Notes: generated by a model not told the origin, from the sequence alone. Positions 7,495 to 15,753 are shown, counted from the stretch's first letter. The stretch: DNA of 44,093 nucleotides from a virus (IMGVR_UViG_3300020598_000100:1-44093), one strand, 5' to 3'. A program made the numbers and translations.

Positions 7495-8419
7495 GAAGCT
7501 GACGCGGAGAAATCCGCTCGAATGCTACCCGGCGGCTGTCTCGCACACCTTGATCGGGCGCAGGCAAAATTGCTCGCTCCGGGTTTATCTGCATCCGCGT
7601 TTCGCTTCGGAGGCGGATCTCGCCGACGGCGTCTTGCTCGATGCTTATTGGGGTAACGGGGAAGATGCCGGGTTGCTGCGGCTGGAGCCCGCCGAGCAGG
7701 GTGAATTCCGGCTGGCCGCGAAGGCGAAGAAAGAGCTGGTGATCGACCTCGGAGTCGTCGATCGCATCCCGCGCGAAAGCTTCGCCAAGGTCAAGGCCGA
7801 CGCGCGATGCGACGATGGGGCGATCATTGTCACGCTGCCGGCGTGGGCGCATCCGCCCGGCGAGCAACGGCAGGCGGCGAAGTCAACTCAAGCGCCGGTC
7901 GAGAAGTCGCCGGCGAAGCCGTCGAAATCTCCGGTTGGAGCCGCGCCGACGCGGTCGCCAGTTGAGCAGAAACAGGTGGCTTCCGAGCCTCCGGCGCCGG
8001 CGGCCGGGATGCCGCCGGCCAAAAAAATGGAAGTTGCTGACCTCGCCGACATTTCGTTCCCGTGGCCGAAAGAGCTTGGCGGCATCCGTATTTCGTCCAT
8101 GGCCGGCCGGGAGCGGATCATCCTCGGTGGCGTCGGCATTCCGTCTGTGGCCGGTGGAGATCGGGTCCTCGCTGGCCGGGGAGGGCATGTCGATTGCTCG
8201 CCTCGTGCCGCAAAGCTGGTCGCCCTGCTTGCGAAGGCAGAAGGCAGACCGATCGACGAGGATTTCTGCATCAGGAAGCTGTGGGACGGGGCCACCAAGC
8301 CGCCTGGCGTCAGCGCCTTGCTCGATATGATTGTCAGCGACCTGAAGATGCTGAGGGCTATCGGCCTCGAGGTGCGCAAACTGCGCGGTGTCGGCCTGCA
8401 GCTCGCGGTGCTGCCATGA
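7484..8419 (+). CDS. Hypothetical protein with P/A/K-rich linker and C-terminal winged-helix-like domain
   Basis: AGGAG RBS; C-terminus CSPRAAKLVALL...IRKLWDG...VRKLRGVGLQL resembles an OmpR-type wHTH. Confidence 0.65.
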   Translation: MGFEKLTRRNPLECYPAAVSHTLIGRRQNCSLRVYLHPRFASEADLADGVLLDAYWGNGEDAGLLRLEPAEQGEFRLAAKAKKELVIDLGVVDRIPRESFAKVKADARCDDGAIIVTLPAWAHPPGEQRQAAKSTQAPVEKSPAKPSKSPVGAAPTRSPVEQKQVASEPPAPAAGMPPAKKMEVADLADISFPWPKELGGIRISSMAGRERIILGGVGIPSVAGGDRVLAGRGGHVDCSPRAAKLVALLAKAEGRPIDEDFCIRKLWDGATKPPGVSALLDMIVSDLKMLRAIGLEVRKLRGVGLQLAVLP

Positions 8420-8664
8420 CCATGCCGCGCGTCACGGTTCATGCCGTCCTGCACCGCGATGACGCGCGCGACAAGGCGGTCCGCGTCTCGCTCTCGGGTG
8501 ATGATCGCGGCGGCGCCTGGGTCGGCCGCAAGCGGATCCGCGAGATGGTCATCACCGGGCTTCACGTGATGGGGCGGGACACTTGCGGCCAGCGGCGGCG
8601 GTTGCCGCGCGTCACGTTCTCGATTCCGTTCTGGCTGGCGAAAGAAACGAGGCTGGTGCGATGA
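8416..8664 (+). CDS. Hypothetical phage protein
   Basis: ATGA-coupled at both ends. Confidence 0.65.
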   Translation: MTMPRVTVHAVLHRDDARDKAVRVSLSGDDRGGAWVGRKRIREMVITGLHVMGRDTCGQRRRLPRVTFSIPFWLAKETRLVR

Positions 8665-10151
8665 CGACGCTGGCCTTTCATCCGCTCGCCGAGATTTTCC
8701 CGCTGATTGCCGGCGACGATTTTGATGCGCTGGTCGAAGACGTCCGCGAGCACGGCATTCGCGATCCGATCATCCTGCTGGAAAAGCAGGTGATCGACGG
8801 CCGCAACCGTTTTCGCGCGCTGCAGCAGCTGATCGAGACCGGCGAGGTGCTGGGCGATGGCTGGGGGCATCGCCGTGGCCAGGCGCTGACGCCTAGCGCG
8901 CTGGAGCCGCCGCAGCTGTGGTTCCACGCCTACAATCGCAGTCTCGACGGCGATCCACTCGCCTGGGTGCTCTCGAAGAACCTCAAGCGTCGGCACCTCA
9001 ATGAGAGCCAGCGCGCCATGGTCGCGGCCAAGATCGCCAACCTTGGCGTCGGCCGCCCGAAGGTCGGCAATGATCCGGTCGCGCCGCATATTCCGCCAAT
9101 TGGCGGAATTTCCGCGCGGGCGACGGCGGCGATGCTCAATGTCGGGGCGCGAAGCGTCGAACGTGCGCGTGCCGTACTCAGCGAAGGTGTCGCCGAGCTG
9201 CAGCAAGCGGTCGAGCGGGGTGCGATCGCAGTATCTGCCGCCGCCGTGATCGCCCATGCCACGCCGGGCGAACAGGCGGCGATCCTTGAATCCGCCGGCG
9301 ATAGCGAGAAGCGGATTCTTGCTGCGGCGAAAGAGATCAATGCGCGCCGCCGCCATGCGCGGTTTGCGGAAGTCACGCAGCGGCTTGCCTCGATCTCCGA
9401 GGGCTCAAAGCCGCTGCCGACCGGGCAGCAATTTCCGATCATTTATGCGGATCCGGCGACGCGGTTCGTCTCCGGCTTTGGCGATCGCTCGATCGAGAAT
9501 CATTATCCGACGATGACGCTCGCCGAGTTGTGCGCGCTTCCGGTCTCGGAAATCGCGCTGCCCGATGCCGTGCTGTTCATCTGGACCACGGTCCCGCAGC
9601 TCCGCAACACCATGACGATGATCGAGGCGTGGGGCTTTCACTATGTCTCGGCCTGGTGCTGGGACAAGGTCGATCCGGGAAGCGGCTATTGGGGCTTTAG
9701 CCAGCACGAGGAATTGCTGATCGCCAAGCGCGGCAAATTTCCTGCGCCGGTGCCCGGAACGCAGCCGCGCTCGCTCTATCGCGAGAAAAAGACCGAGCAC
9801 AGCGCCAAGCCGGATTGGTTCGCCGAGCAGATCGAGCGGATCTGGCCGGCGCTGCCGAAGATCGAGCTTTTCGCCCGCCGGCCACGGCCTGGCTGGGCGG
9901 CCTGGGGCAACCAGGCGGATTCCCAAGCGAAAGCCTCCGTTGGCAACGGTGCGACTGTGCAGGCCGTGCGAGAGCCTGCCGACTGCATGTCGGGAGAGGT
10001 GAGTAGGCCTGCCGCTGGGCGGTCAGCGGCTGCAACGTCTGAGCAAATGGACGTGACAGCCGGAGAGACGGCACCTCACTCACCGATTGACGTTCCAGAT
10101 TTCTTGCCGCGGCGCGGCTCGCCGTGCGCTGCGACGGAGCAGGTCTCATGA
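8661..10151 (+). CDS. ParB-like N-terminal domain fused to MT-A70-family methyltransferase
   Basis: FHPLAEIFPL/IDGRNR/NLKRRHL (ParB-like); YADP, HYPTM, LFIWTT, AWGF, HEELLI, HSAKP, IELFAR, WGNQ (MT-A70). Confidence 0.9.
   Translation: MTTLAFHPLAEIFPLIAGDDFDALVEDVREHGIRDPIILLEKQVIDGRNRFRALQQLIETGEVLGDGWGHRRGQALTPSALEPPQLWFHAYNRSLDGDPLAWVLSKNLKRRHLNESQRAMVAAKIANLGVGRPKVGNDPVAPHIPPIGGISARATAAMLNVGARSVERARAVLSEGVAELQQAVERGAIAVSAAAVIAHATPGEQAAILESAGDSEKRILAAAKEINARRRHARFAEVTQRLASISEGSKPLPTGQQFPIIYADPATRFVSGFGDRSIENHYPTMTLAELCALPVSEIALPDAVLFIWTTVPQLRNTMTMIEAWGFHYVSAWCWDKVDPGSGYWGFSQHEELLIAKRGKFPAPVPGTQPRSLYREKKTEHSAKPDWFAEQIERIWPALPKIELFARRPRPGWAAWGNQADSQAKASVGNGATVQAVREPADCMSGEVSRPAAGRSAAATSEQMDVTAGETAPHSPIDVPDFLPRRGSPCAATEQVS
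9998..10084 (+). other. Predicted four-way-junction RNA structure embedded in the MT-A70 coding tail
   Basis: Closing stem 9998-10007/10074-10084 and three internal hairpins, paired by eye. Confidence 0.45.
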
Positions 10152-10345
10152 GCCTCTACAAGTCGAATAAGCGACAGGTGAACGTACACCTTTCGCCGGA
10201 AGATTTCGCGCTGCTCACCAAGCTCGCCGAGCAGGCCGGTGTCACGCCGACGACGTGCGCGAAAAACATCGTGCTCGAGGTGCTGCGCGACGACGCGGCG
10301 GCGCACAACAATCAAGGGCAGGAGGTCAATCATGAGGTTGCCTGA
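10148..10345 (+). CDS. Ribbon-helix-helix-like small DNA-binding protein
   Basis: QVNVHLSPEDFALLTKLAEQAGVT pattern; ATGA-coupled. Confidence 0.65.
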   Translation: MSLYKSNKRQVNVHLSPEDFALLTKLAEQAGVTPTTCAKNIVLEVLRDDAAAHNNQGQEVNHEVA

Positions 10346-10814
10346 ATGGCTGCGGCGGCGGCTGCATGAGCGGATCGAGCGGATTGCGTCAAAGCGGGCA
10401 CCTGACTTTGTCATCGGTGGTCCCGAGGATCCCTACCTCAAACGATGGTGGGTTATCCCGCGCAACCGCTTCTTCAATGTCTACCTGCACCATTTCCTGC
10501 GCAGCGACGACGATCGGGCCCTGCATGATCATCCCTGGTGGAATGCCTCGATCCTGATCGTTGGCGGCTATGTCGAGCACACCATCAACGCCGGCGGCGT
10601 CAACGTCCGGACCGAATATTCCGCCGGCGCCGTCAAGCTCCGTGGCGCGCGCGCGGCGCACCGGATCGAGCTCGATCGTGGCCCGTGCTGGACCATCTTC
10701 ATCACCGGGCCGCGACTGCGCGAATGGGGCTTTCATTGCCCGCACGGTTGGCGGCCGTGGCAGCAATTCGTCTCATCGAAAGATGCCGGCGAGGTCGGCC
10801 GAGGGTGTGACTGA
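10332..10814 (+). CDS. Phage cupin-fold (double-stranded beta-helix) protein
   Basis: YLHHF...LHDHPW...GGYVE...AHRIEL...TIFITGP; AGGAGG RBS. Confidence 0.75.
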   Translation: MRLPEWLRRRLHERIERIASKRAPDFVIGGPEDPYLKRWWVIPRNRFFNVYLHHFLRSDDDRALHDHPWWNASILIVGGYVEHTINAGGVNVRTEYSAGAVKLRGARAAHRIELDRGPCWTIFITGPRLREWGFHCPHGWRPWQQFVSSKDAGEVGRGCD

Positions 10815-11038
10815 TGTCCGCCGGCCGGCATGCCTGGTCGGACAAGGTCGCGTATGAGCGGCATTCCGACCGCGCCTGTTGGTATTGCGGCCTGATCAAG
10901 CGCACGCGGCATGAGGCGATCGGGCCTCGGGAATTTCATTGGGTGGAGTGGTGGCGGAGCGGCGAGCGCATCGAGAGCGTCGCTACGCCTCCCTGTCCAG
11001 GCGCTCCGGTTATCGATGGTGGGGTTTCGCAGACGTGA
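10814..11038 (+). CDS. Small Cys/His-containing hypothetical protein
   Basis: HAW...CWYCG...PPC; TGATG coupling. Confidence 0.55.
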   Translation: MSAGRHAWSDKVAYERHSDRACWYCGLIKRTRHEAIGPREFHWVEWWRSGERIESVATPPCPGAPVIDGGVSQT

Positions 11039-11048
11039 AGGGGGCGGC

Positions 11049-12932
11049 ATGAGCGACGAGGCGGTGCAAGAACTCATAATTGACAGCTTCGCCGGCGGCG
11101 GCGGTACTAGCGAGGGCATCAGAGCCGCGCTCGGCCGCGATCCCGACATTGCCATCAACCATGATCGCTTCGCCCTTGCGATGCACCGGATCAATCACCC
11201 GGACACGCACCACTTGGTCGAGGACGTCGTCACGCTCGACGCCATCGGCATGTGCGATGGCCGGCCGATCGGCATACTGTGGATGTCGCCGGACTGCAAG
11301 GATCACAGCAAGGCGAAGGGCGGGCAGCCGCGCGACAAGAACATCCGCGGCTTGGCCTGGGCGTGTCTCGGCTGGGTCAAAGCCCTGCCCAAATGGCAGC
11401 GGCCGCGCGTCGTCTTCCTCGAGAACGTCGAGGAATTCCGGGAGTGGGGGCCGTTGCTGAAGAACGGCAAGCGCTGCCCCGTGCAGAAAGGCGCGATCTT
11501 CCAGCAGTTCATCGAGAGCTGGAGGGCGCTCGGATACGACCAGATCGAGTGGCGCGAGCGGCGCGCGTGGTGGAGCGGCGCCGGGACGATCCGCAAGCGG
11601 CTCTACGTGATCATGCGGCGCGATGGCGAGCCGATCGATTGGCCGGAGCGGACGCATGGCGATCCGAACGACGCCGACGATGCGAGGAAGATCGCTGCGG
11701 GCGTTCTGAAGCCTTGGAAGATCGCGGCGGACAGCATCGACTTCTCGCTGCCGTGCCCCTCGATTTTCGAGACAGCGGCCGAGATCAAAGCCAAATATGG
11801 CGTGCGCGCAAACCGGCCGCTGGTGACATCCACCATGGCTCGGCTCGCCAAGGGCACCGTGCGGTACGCCGTCGAGAACAAGCGGCCATTCATCGTGCCA
11901 GTGACCCACGGCGGCTCGATCCGCGTCAACAGCGTCGATGAACCGCTCCGCACCATCACCGCGGCACATCGCGGCGAGCATGCGTTGGTGACACCGTTCG
12001 TCACCTATGCCCAGCAGGGTGGCGCAAATCGACCCGTGAGCGCACCACTGCACACGATTACCGCTTCTTCAAAAGATCAGAACGCGGTGGTGATGCCATT
12101 CGTAACCAAGTTCCAGACCGGCTCTACCGGGCACCGAGCGGACGAGCCACTGCACACGATCACCGCGCACGCCAGCGAGACGCATGGCGGCGGCGCGGCC
12201 CCGCTTGGGGTCGTCGCAGCCTTTCTCGCGCAACACACGGCGGGCTCGCACCCCGGCGCGCCGGCCAAGGGCGCGGACGAGCCGCTGTCGACCATCACAA
12301 CGACCGGCAGCCAGCAAACGCTGGTCGCAGCGCACATGTTGAACCTGCGGGGCTCTGACCGCCGGGACGCCGGCGCCGATGAGCCGCTGCGCACCGTGTC
12401 GGCCGCCGGCAACCACGCCGCCACGGTTTATGCGTTTCTCGCCAAATATTACGGCGAGGGGTTGCCGAGCCAGGCGTGCGATGAGCCGCTGCACACTGTC
12501 ACTGCCAAACCGCGTTTTGGGCTCGTCGAGGTAGAGGCGGCACTGCCACCATTCGGCCCGGAGCATCATGCCCGTGCCCGACAAGTCGCCGACTTCCTGC
12601 GCGCGCACGGACATTGGGATGAACGCGAGTTCGTCACCGTGGAGATTAGCGGTTTCACCGTCGTGATCGTCGACATCGGCATGCGGATGCTGACGCCGCG
12701 CGAGCGCTTCAATGCGCAGGGCTTCCGGCCGGATTACATCATCGATCGCGGCATCCTCGAGGATGGCGCCGAGATCAAATTCACAGCGGAACAGCAAGGG
12801 TACATGTGCGGCAATTCCGTCTGCCCGCCGGAAGCCGAAGCCCTGATCCGCGCCAACTATCGGCCACGCGCAGTCAAACGCCCGAAATCTTTTGAGCTGC
12901 GCGAGGCCCCGCTTTTGGAGGCAGCCGAATGA
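11049..12932 (+). CDS. DNA (cytosine-5)-methyltransferase, phage type with internal repeats
   Basis: FAGGGG (motif I), SPDC (IV), ENV (VI), RKR (VIII), RMLTPRE...QGF (IX), GNSV (X). Confidence 0.93.
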   Translation: MSDEAVQELIIDSFAGGGGTSEGIRAALGRDPDIAINHDRFALAMHRINHPDTHHLVEDVVTLDAIGMCDGRPIGILWMSPDCKDHSKAKGGQPRDKNIRGLAWACLGWVKALPKWQRPRVVFLENVEEFREWGPLLKNGKRCPVQKGAIFQQFIESWRALGYDQIEWRERRAWWSGAGTIRKRLYVIMRRDGEPIDWPERTHGDPNDADDARKIAAGVLKPWKIAADSIDFSLPCPSIFETAAEIKAKYGVRANRPLVTSTMARLAKGTVRYAVENKRPFIVPVTHGGSIRVNSVDEPLRTITAAHRGEHALVTPFVTYAQQGGANRPVSAPLHTITASSKDQNAVVMPFVTKFQTGSTGHRADEPLHTITAHASETHGGGAAPLGVVAAFLAQHTAGSHPGAPAKGADEPLSTITTTGSQQTLVAAHMLNLRGSDRRDAGADEPLRTVSAAGNHAATVYAFLAKYYGEGLPSQACDEPLHTVTAKPRFGLVEVEAALPPFGPEHHARARQVADFLRAHGHWDEREFVTVEISGFTVVIVDIGMRMLTPRERFNAQGFRPDYIIDRGILEDGAEIKFTAEQQGYMCGNSVCPPEAEALIRANYRPRAVKRPKSFELREAPLLEAAE

Positions 12933-14215
12933 GCATCGAAGCGATGAATTGGGCGCGGCGAATCTATGTTGGCGATTCCCTCGGAAAATCGGTTCTGCGC
13001 GCGCTTGCCGACTATGCCGACGAAAATGGGCAATGCTTCCCGTCGCTCGCACGTCTCGCGCTCGATTGTGATCTGTCGATCGACAGCGTCCGCCGCCGTA
13101 TCAAGGTGCTCGAAGATGCGGGGCTGATCGTCACATTCCGCGCCTGGATGGATGAACACGGCAAGCGCAATCAGGAAGGTCGCGGCCGGGAAACGTCGCG
13201 CGATGTCCGGCTGTTGCTGGATGTGGTTCGCACGCGCGCCAGTTCGGAAGAAAGCGATGCCGGCGATGGGCCGAGCGACGAAAGGGAAGTCGCCCCCCTA
13301 GCTGGCAGCAAGGGGCCCCTAGCTACTGGCGAGGGTAGCCAGCAGCTAGGGCGGGGTAGCACTCGTGCTAGGGGCGGGGTAGCACTCGTGCCACCCCCTA
13401 ATGAACCTTCATCTAACCAAGAATCTCCCCCCTTACCCCCCTCCGGGGGGCGAGAGGGCGAATTGTCGGATGAGGGTGAAGATCTGGCCGAGCCGGAGCA
13501 CTTCGCCGAGATGTGGCAGGGCTATCCGGGCCATGAGGCGATGGATCGGCGCAAATCGCTGGCGGTGTTCATCGGGATGACGCCTGAGGAGCGCCAGCAT
13601 GCACGATACGCCGCCCCGAAATTTGCGGAAAGTTTGCGTCGGCTTGGCAGGAAGAACGTGCCGAATTGCGAGCGCTGGCTGCGCGATAAGCGTTGGCTCG
13701 AGTTTCCTGGTCCGCAGCAGGTGAGATCGCAGCCGGAGCGCCGCTGGATCTCCGTCGGCAGCGTCGAGCATCGCGCGCTCTGTGTTGCGGCGATGGTGGC
13801 GGGACATCCGCCGCCGACACTGATCGCGGACCGGGAGCGCGGGCAGGGGCTCTGGCGGCTCCGAGAGGCTTCGCCAGATCTGCTGGCGCTCGCAGCTTTC
13901 GCCGATCAGCAGCCGGATGATTGGGAGCTGTACGAGCAGGGAAGTCCGCATTTCGCTGCGTGGCGGGATCTCGTCCAGAGCTGGCTGGGCCGCGCCATCG
14001 AACTTCGATCGATGTTCATCGAGCCGCATGATCCCGCGGTTCATGACCTGCCAGTTTTGCACCCGGATTTCCGGCCGCGAAGGCGAGCGCGCGGATTGCG
14101 GGCGCCGTGCCTGTGGCCGCCGCGGCGTGATGGCACGTTCGGCAATGCTGATCAGCAAGCAGAGCCTGCGAGATCGGACAACGGAACAATGATTTCGGGA
14201 GTGGCGGCGCAATGA
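12929..14215 (+). CDS. Replication initiator with N-terminal HTH (HTH_36-like)
   Basis: KSVLRALADYADENGQCFPSLARLALDCDLSIDSVRRRIKVLEDAGLI; internal iteron cluster. Confidence 0.85.
   Translation: MSIEAMNWARRIYVGDSLGKSVLRALADYADENGQCFPSLARLALDCDLSIDSVRRRIKVLEDAGLIVTFRAWMDEHGKRNQEGRGRETSRDVRLLLDVVRTRASSEESDAGDGPSDEREVAPLAGSKGPLATGEGSQQLGRGSTRARGGVALVPPPNEPSSNQESPPLPPSGGREGELSDEGEDLAEPEHFAEMWQGYPGHEAMDRRKSLAVFIGMTPEERQHARYAAPKFAESLRRLGRKNVPNCERWLRDKRWLEFPGPQQVRSQPERRWISVGSVEHRALCVAAMVAGHPPPTLIADRERGQGLWRLREASPDLLALAAFADQQPDDWELYEQGSPHFAAWRDLVQSWLGRAIELRSMFIEPHDPAVHDLPVLHPDFRPRRRARGLRAPCLWPPRRDGTFGNADQQAEPARSDNGTMISGVAAQ
13293..13400. repeat. Iteron cluster, putative replication origin
   Basis: Five TAGC-N5/6-GCNA units (13299, 13320, 13336, 13357, 13380); GGGCGGGGTAGCACTCGTGC occurs twice. 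Confidence 0.7.
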
Positions 14216-14844
14216 CGATGATGCTGAAAGTTGGCGATGTGGTGCAGGCCGCCGAGCGGCGCAGGAAGCTCCTCGGCGGCAAGCCAGCCTGGCACCTAGC
14301 GCAGACCGAAAGCGGACGTGAAAAGCTCGCGCGGGATCGGCTGCGCGATGCTGGGTATGAGGCCTACTTTCCCATGATGCGCGTTCTCAAGCCGGTGCCG
14401 CGTAAACAGCTTTCGCGCAAGCAGCGCCTGCACGGTGCGACGGTGAAGCGGCCACACCTTTCCGCTCTGTTTCCGGGCTATCTGATGGTGCGGTTTGACC
14501 AGGCGTGCGGCGGCTGGCACGAGATGTTTGACTTCGCGCATGTCCGTGGACTCGTGGTCACCAACGGCTTGATCCAGCCGATCAGCGATAGTGTTGTGGA
14601 GAATCTGCGAGGGAAGGAAGTTGACGGGGCGGTGCCTGGCGACACGTTGGCGGCTATTTTGCAAGTGGGAGACCAGGTAAGAATAAAATGCGGACCATTT
14701 TCTTCCTTCGTCGGTGTGGTGGATCGTTTGCCTGCAGCGAAGCTCGAAGAGCTTGACGAATCGATCCGGATACATCTTCTTATCCATCTGTTCGGGGCTG
14801 CAAGTTCGGTTGAGTTGGGCCTCGGCGACGTTGAGAAGATCTGA
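14212..14844 (+). CDS. NusG-family transcription antiterminator (phage paralog)
   Basis: NGN domain (WHLAQT...ALFPGYLMV) and KOW (VGDQVRIKCGPFSSFVGVV); sits where lambda Q would. Confidence 0.92.
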   Translation: MTMMLKVGDVVQAAERRRKLLGGKPAWHLAQTESGREKLARDRLRDAGYEAYFPMMRVLKPVPRKQLSRKQRLHGATVKRPHLSALFPGYLMVRFDQACGGWHEMFDFAHVRGLVVTNGLIQPISDSVVENLRGKEVDGAVPGDTLAAILQVGDQVRIKCGPFSSFVGVVDRLPAAKLEELDESIRIHLLIHLFGAASSVELGLGDVEKI

Positions 14845-14850
14845 CGCTTC

Positions 14851-14896
14851 CAACCACCGGCGCAGCCACCCTAACAGCCACCCCGGAACCACCCGG
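14851..14896 (+). repeat. Four A(A/G)CCACC direct repeats with 12/12/11-nt spacing
   Basis: CCACC at 14854, 14866, 14878, 14889. Confidence 0.7.
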
Positions 14897-14914
14897 ATGG
14901 CAGCGCATGGAAAT

Positions 14915-14950
14915 AGCCCCGGCGGAAACCGCGCGGGGCTTTCGCTTTTT
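14915..14950 (+). terminator. Intrinsic terminator 1 of late leader
   Basis: AGCCCCGGCGG-AAA-CCGCGCGGGGCT then TTCGCTTTTT. Confidence 0.65.
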
Positions 14951-14979
14951 CAGGGCATAGGTTGTGCGACATTCCTTTT

Positions 14980-15052
14980 TGGTTTGCCGCTGCCCTCCTT
15001 GGGCGTTTCCTCCCTAGACTCGCCGCCGGCAGCAATGTCGGCGGCGCTTTTC
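14980..15052 (+). ncRNA. mmgR: mmgR/suhB (alpha-r8)-family small RNA
   Basis: Core CCCTCCTTGGGCGTTTCCTCCCTAGACT (14993-15020) with the family decamer TTTCCTCCCT, directly followed by a terminator hairpin (15021-15046); upstream TTGTGCG; 5' end estimated. Confidence 0.8.
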
Positions 15053-15110
15053 CGGTTTCGCCACCGATGGCGTTCGAGGCCCTGCTCTGGGCGTTTGCAA
15101 ACACAAACTG

Positions 15111-15140
15111 TCCGCCGACGGAAACGTCGGCGGGTTTCTT
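15111..15140 (+). terminator. Intrinsic terminator 3 of late leader
   Basis: CCGCCGACG-GAAA-CGTCGGCGG then GTTTCTT. Confidence 0.65.
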
Positions 15141-15155
15141 CGCCGAGATTGGCAA

Positions 15156-15674
15156 ATGCGCATTGTCGTCAAAGGCACTCTTGCCGAAATCATCGTGCCG
15201 ATGGTCGAGCTTTCCGGGCCGAAGGCGGCTCGGGCGCTGCGCGAGGGCCTTTACGAGGGCGGCGCCAAGGTTCGCACAAGGGTGCGGCGCGCGCTGAAAG
15301 AGCAGACCAACGTCAAGGACTACGGCACGGTCGTCGAGCGCGTGACGGATGCTAAGTCCGGTTTGACCTACATCATCAAAGGTGATCCGAAAGCTGTGCC
15401 GATCACCAAGTTTCCGGTCAATTCTGCCGGGTCTGTTACCGCCGAGCCGTGGAACGATGCGAGGACTTTCAAGCGCTCGTTTTTCAAGGGCGGCGAACCT
15501 CTCAAGCCGATGGCGCGCACCACATCGAAACGTTTTCCGATCAGGCGATTGTTTGGTCCGTCGATGGCGAAAGAGTTGGTGAAGGACGACTCGCTCAAAG
15601 CCTTTGAGGACGGCGTCGGGGTCGACGTGATGCCCGTGATCCTCAAGCGTCTCGATCGGATCGTCGCCGGCTGA
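15156..15674 (+). CDS. Minor tail protein Z-like
   Basis: Basic protein with RFPIRRLFGPSMAKEL C-terminal motif typical of gpZ-like proteins. Confidence 0.6.
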   Translation: MRIVVKGTLAEIIVPMVELSGPKAARALREGLYEGGAKVRTRVRRALKEQTNVKDYGTVVERVTDAKSGLTYIIKGDPKAVPITKFPVNSAGSVTAEPWNDARTFKRSFFKGGEPLKPMARTTSKRFPIRRLFGPSMAKELVKDDSLKAFEDGVGVDVMPVILKRLDRIVAG

Positions 15675-15699
15675 CGGGTTCCGGGGGTGCGGGAACCGC

Positions 15700-15753
15700 G
15701 GGTCCTTCCCGGGGGCGGGTGCACCGCGCGGACGGAGCAGCCCGAGATTTCGC
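15700..15753 (+). other. Lambda-like cos site (cosQ plus predicted cosN)
   Basis: GGGTCCT (identical to lambda cosQ) at 15700-15706, TTTCGC at 15748-15753, near-lambda spacing, just before the small terminase. Confidence 0.7.

Noticed and set aside
9998-10084. tRNA gene
   Set aside because: Cloverleaf-like, but lacks the TTC T-loop, D-loop GG and a 7-nt anticodon loop; kept as an unknown structure
14714-15355. ORFs across the nusG-late intergenic region (14714-15355, 14962-15297, 14871-15155)
   Set aside because: No RBS or protein-like composition; better explained by terminators and the sRNA
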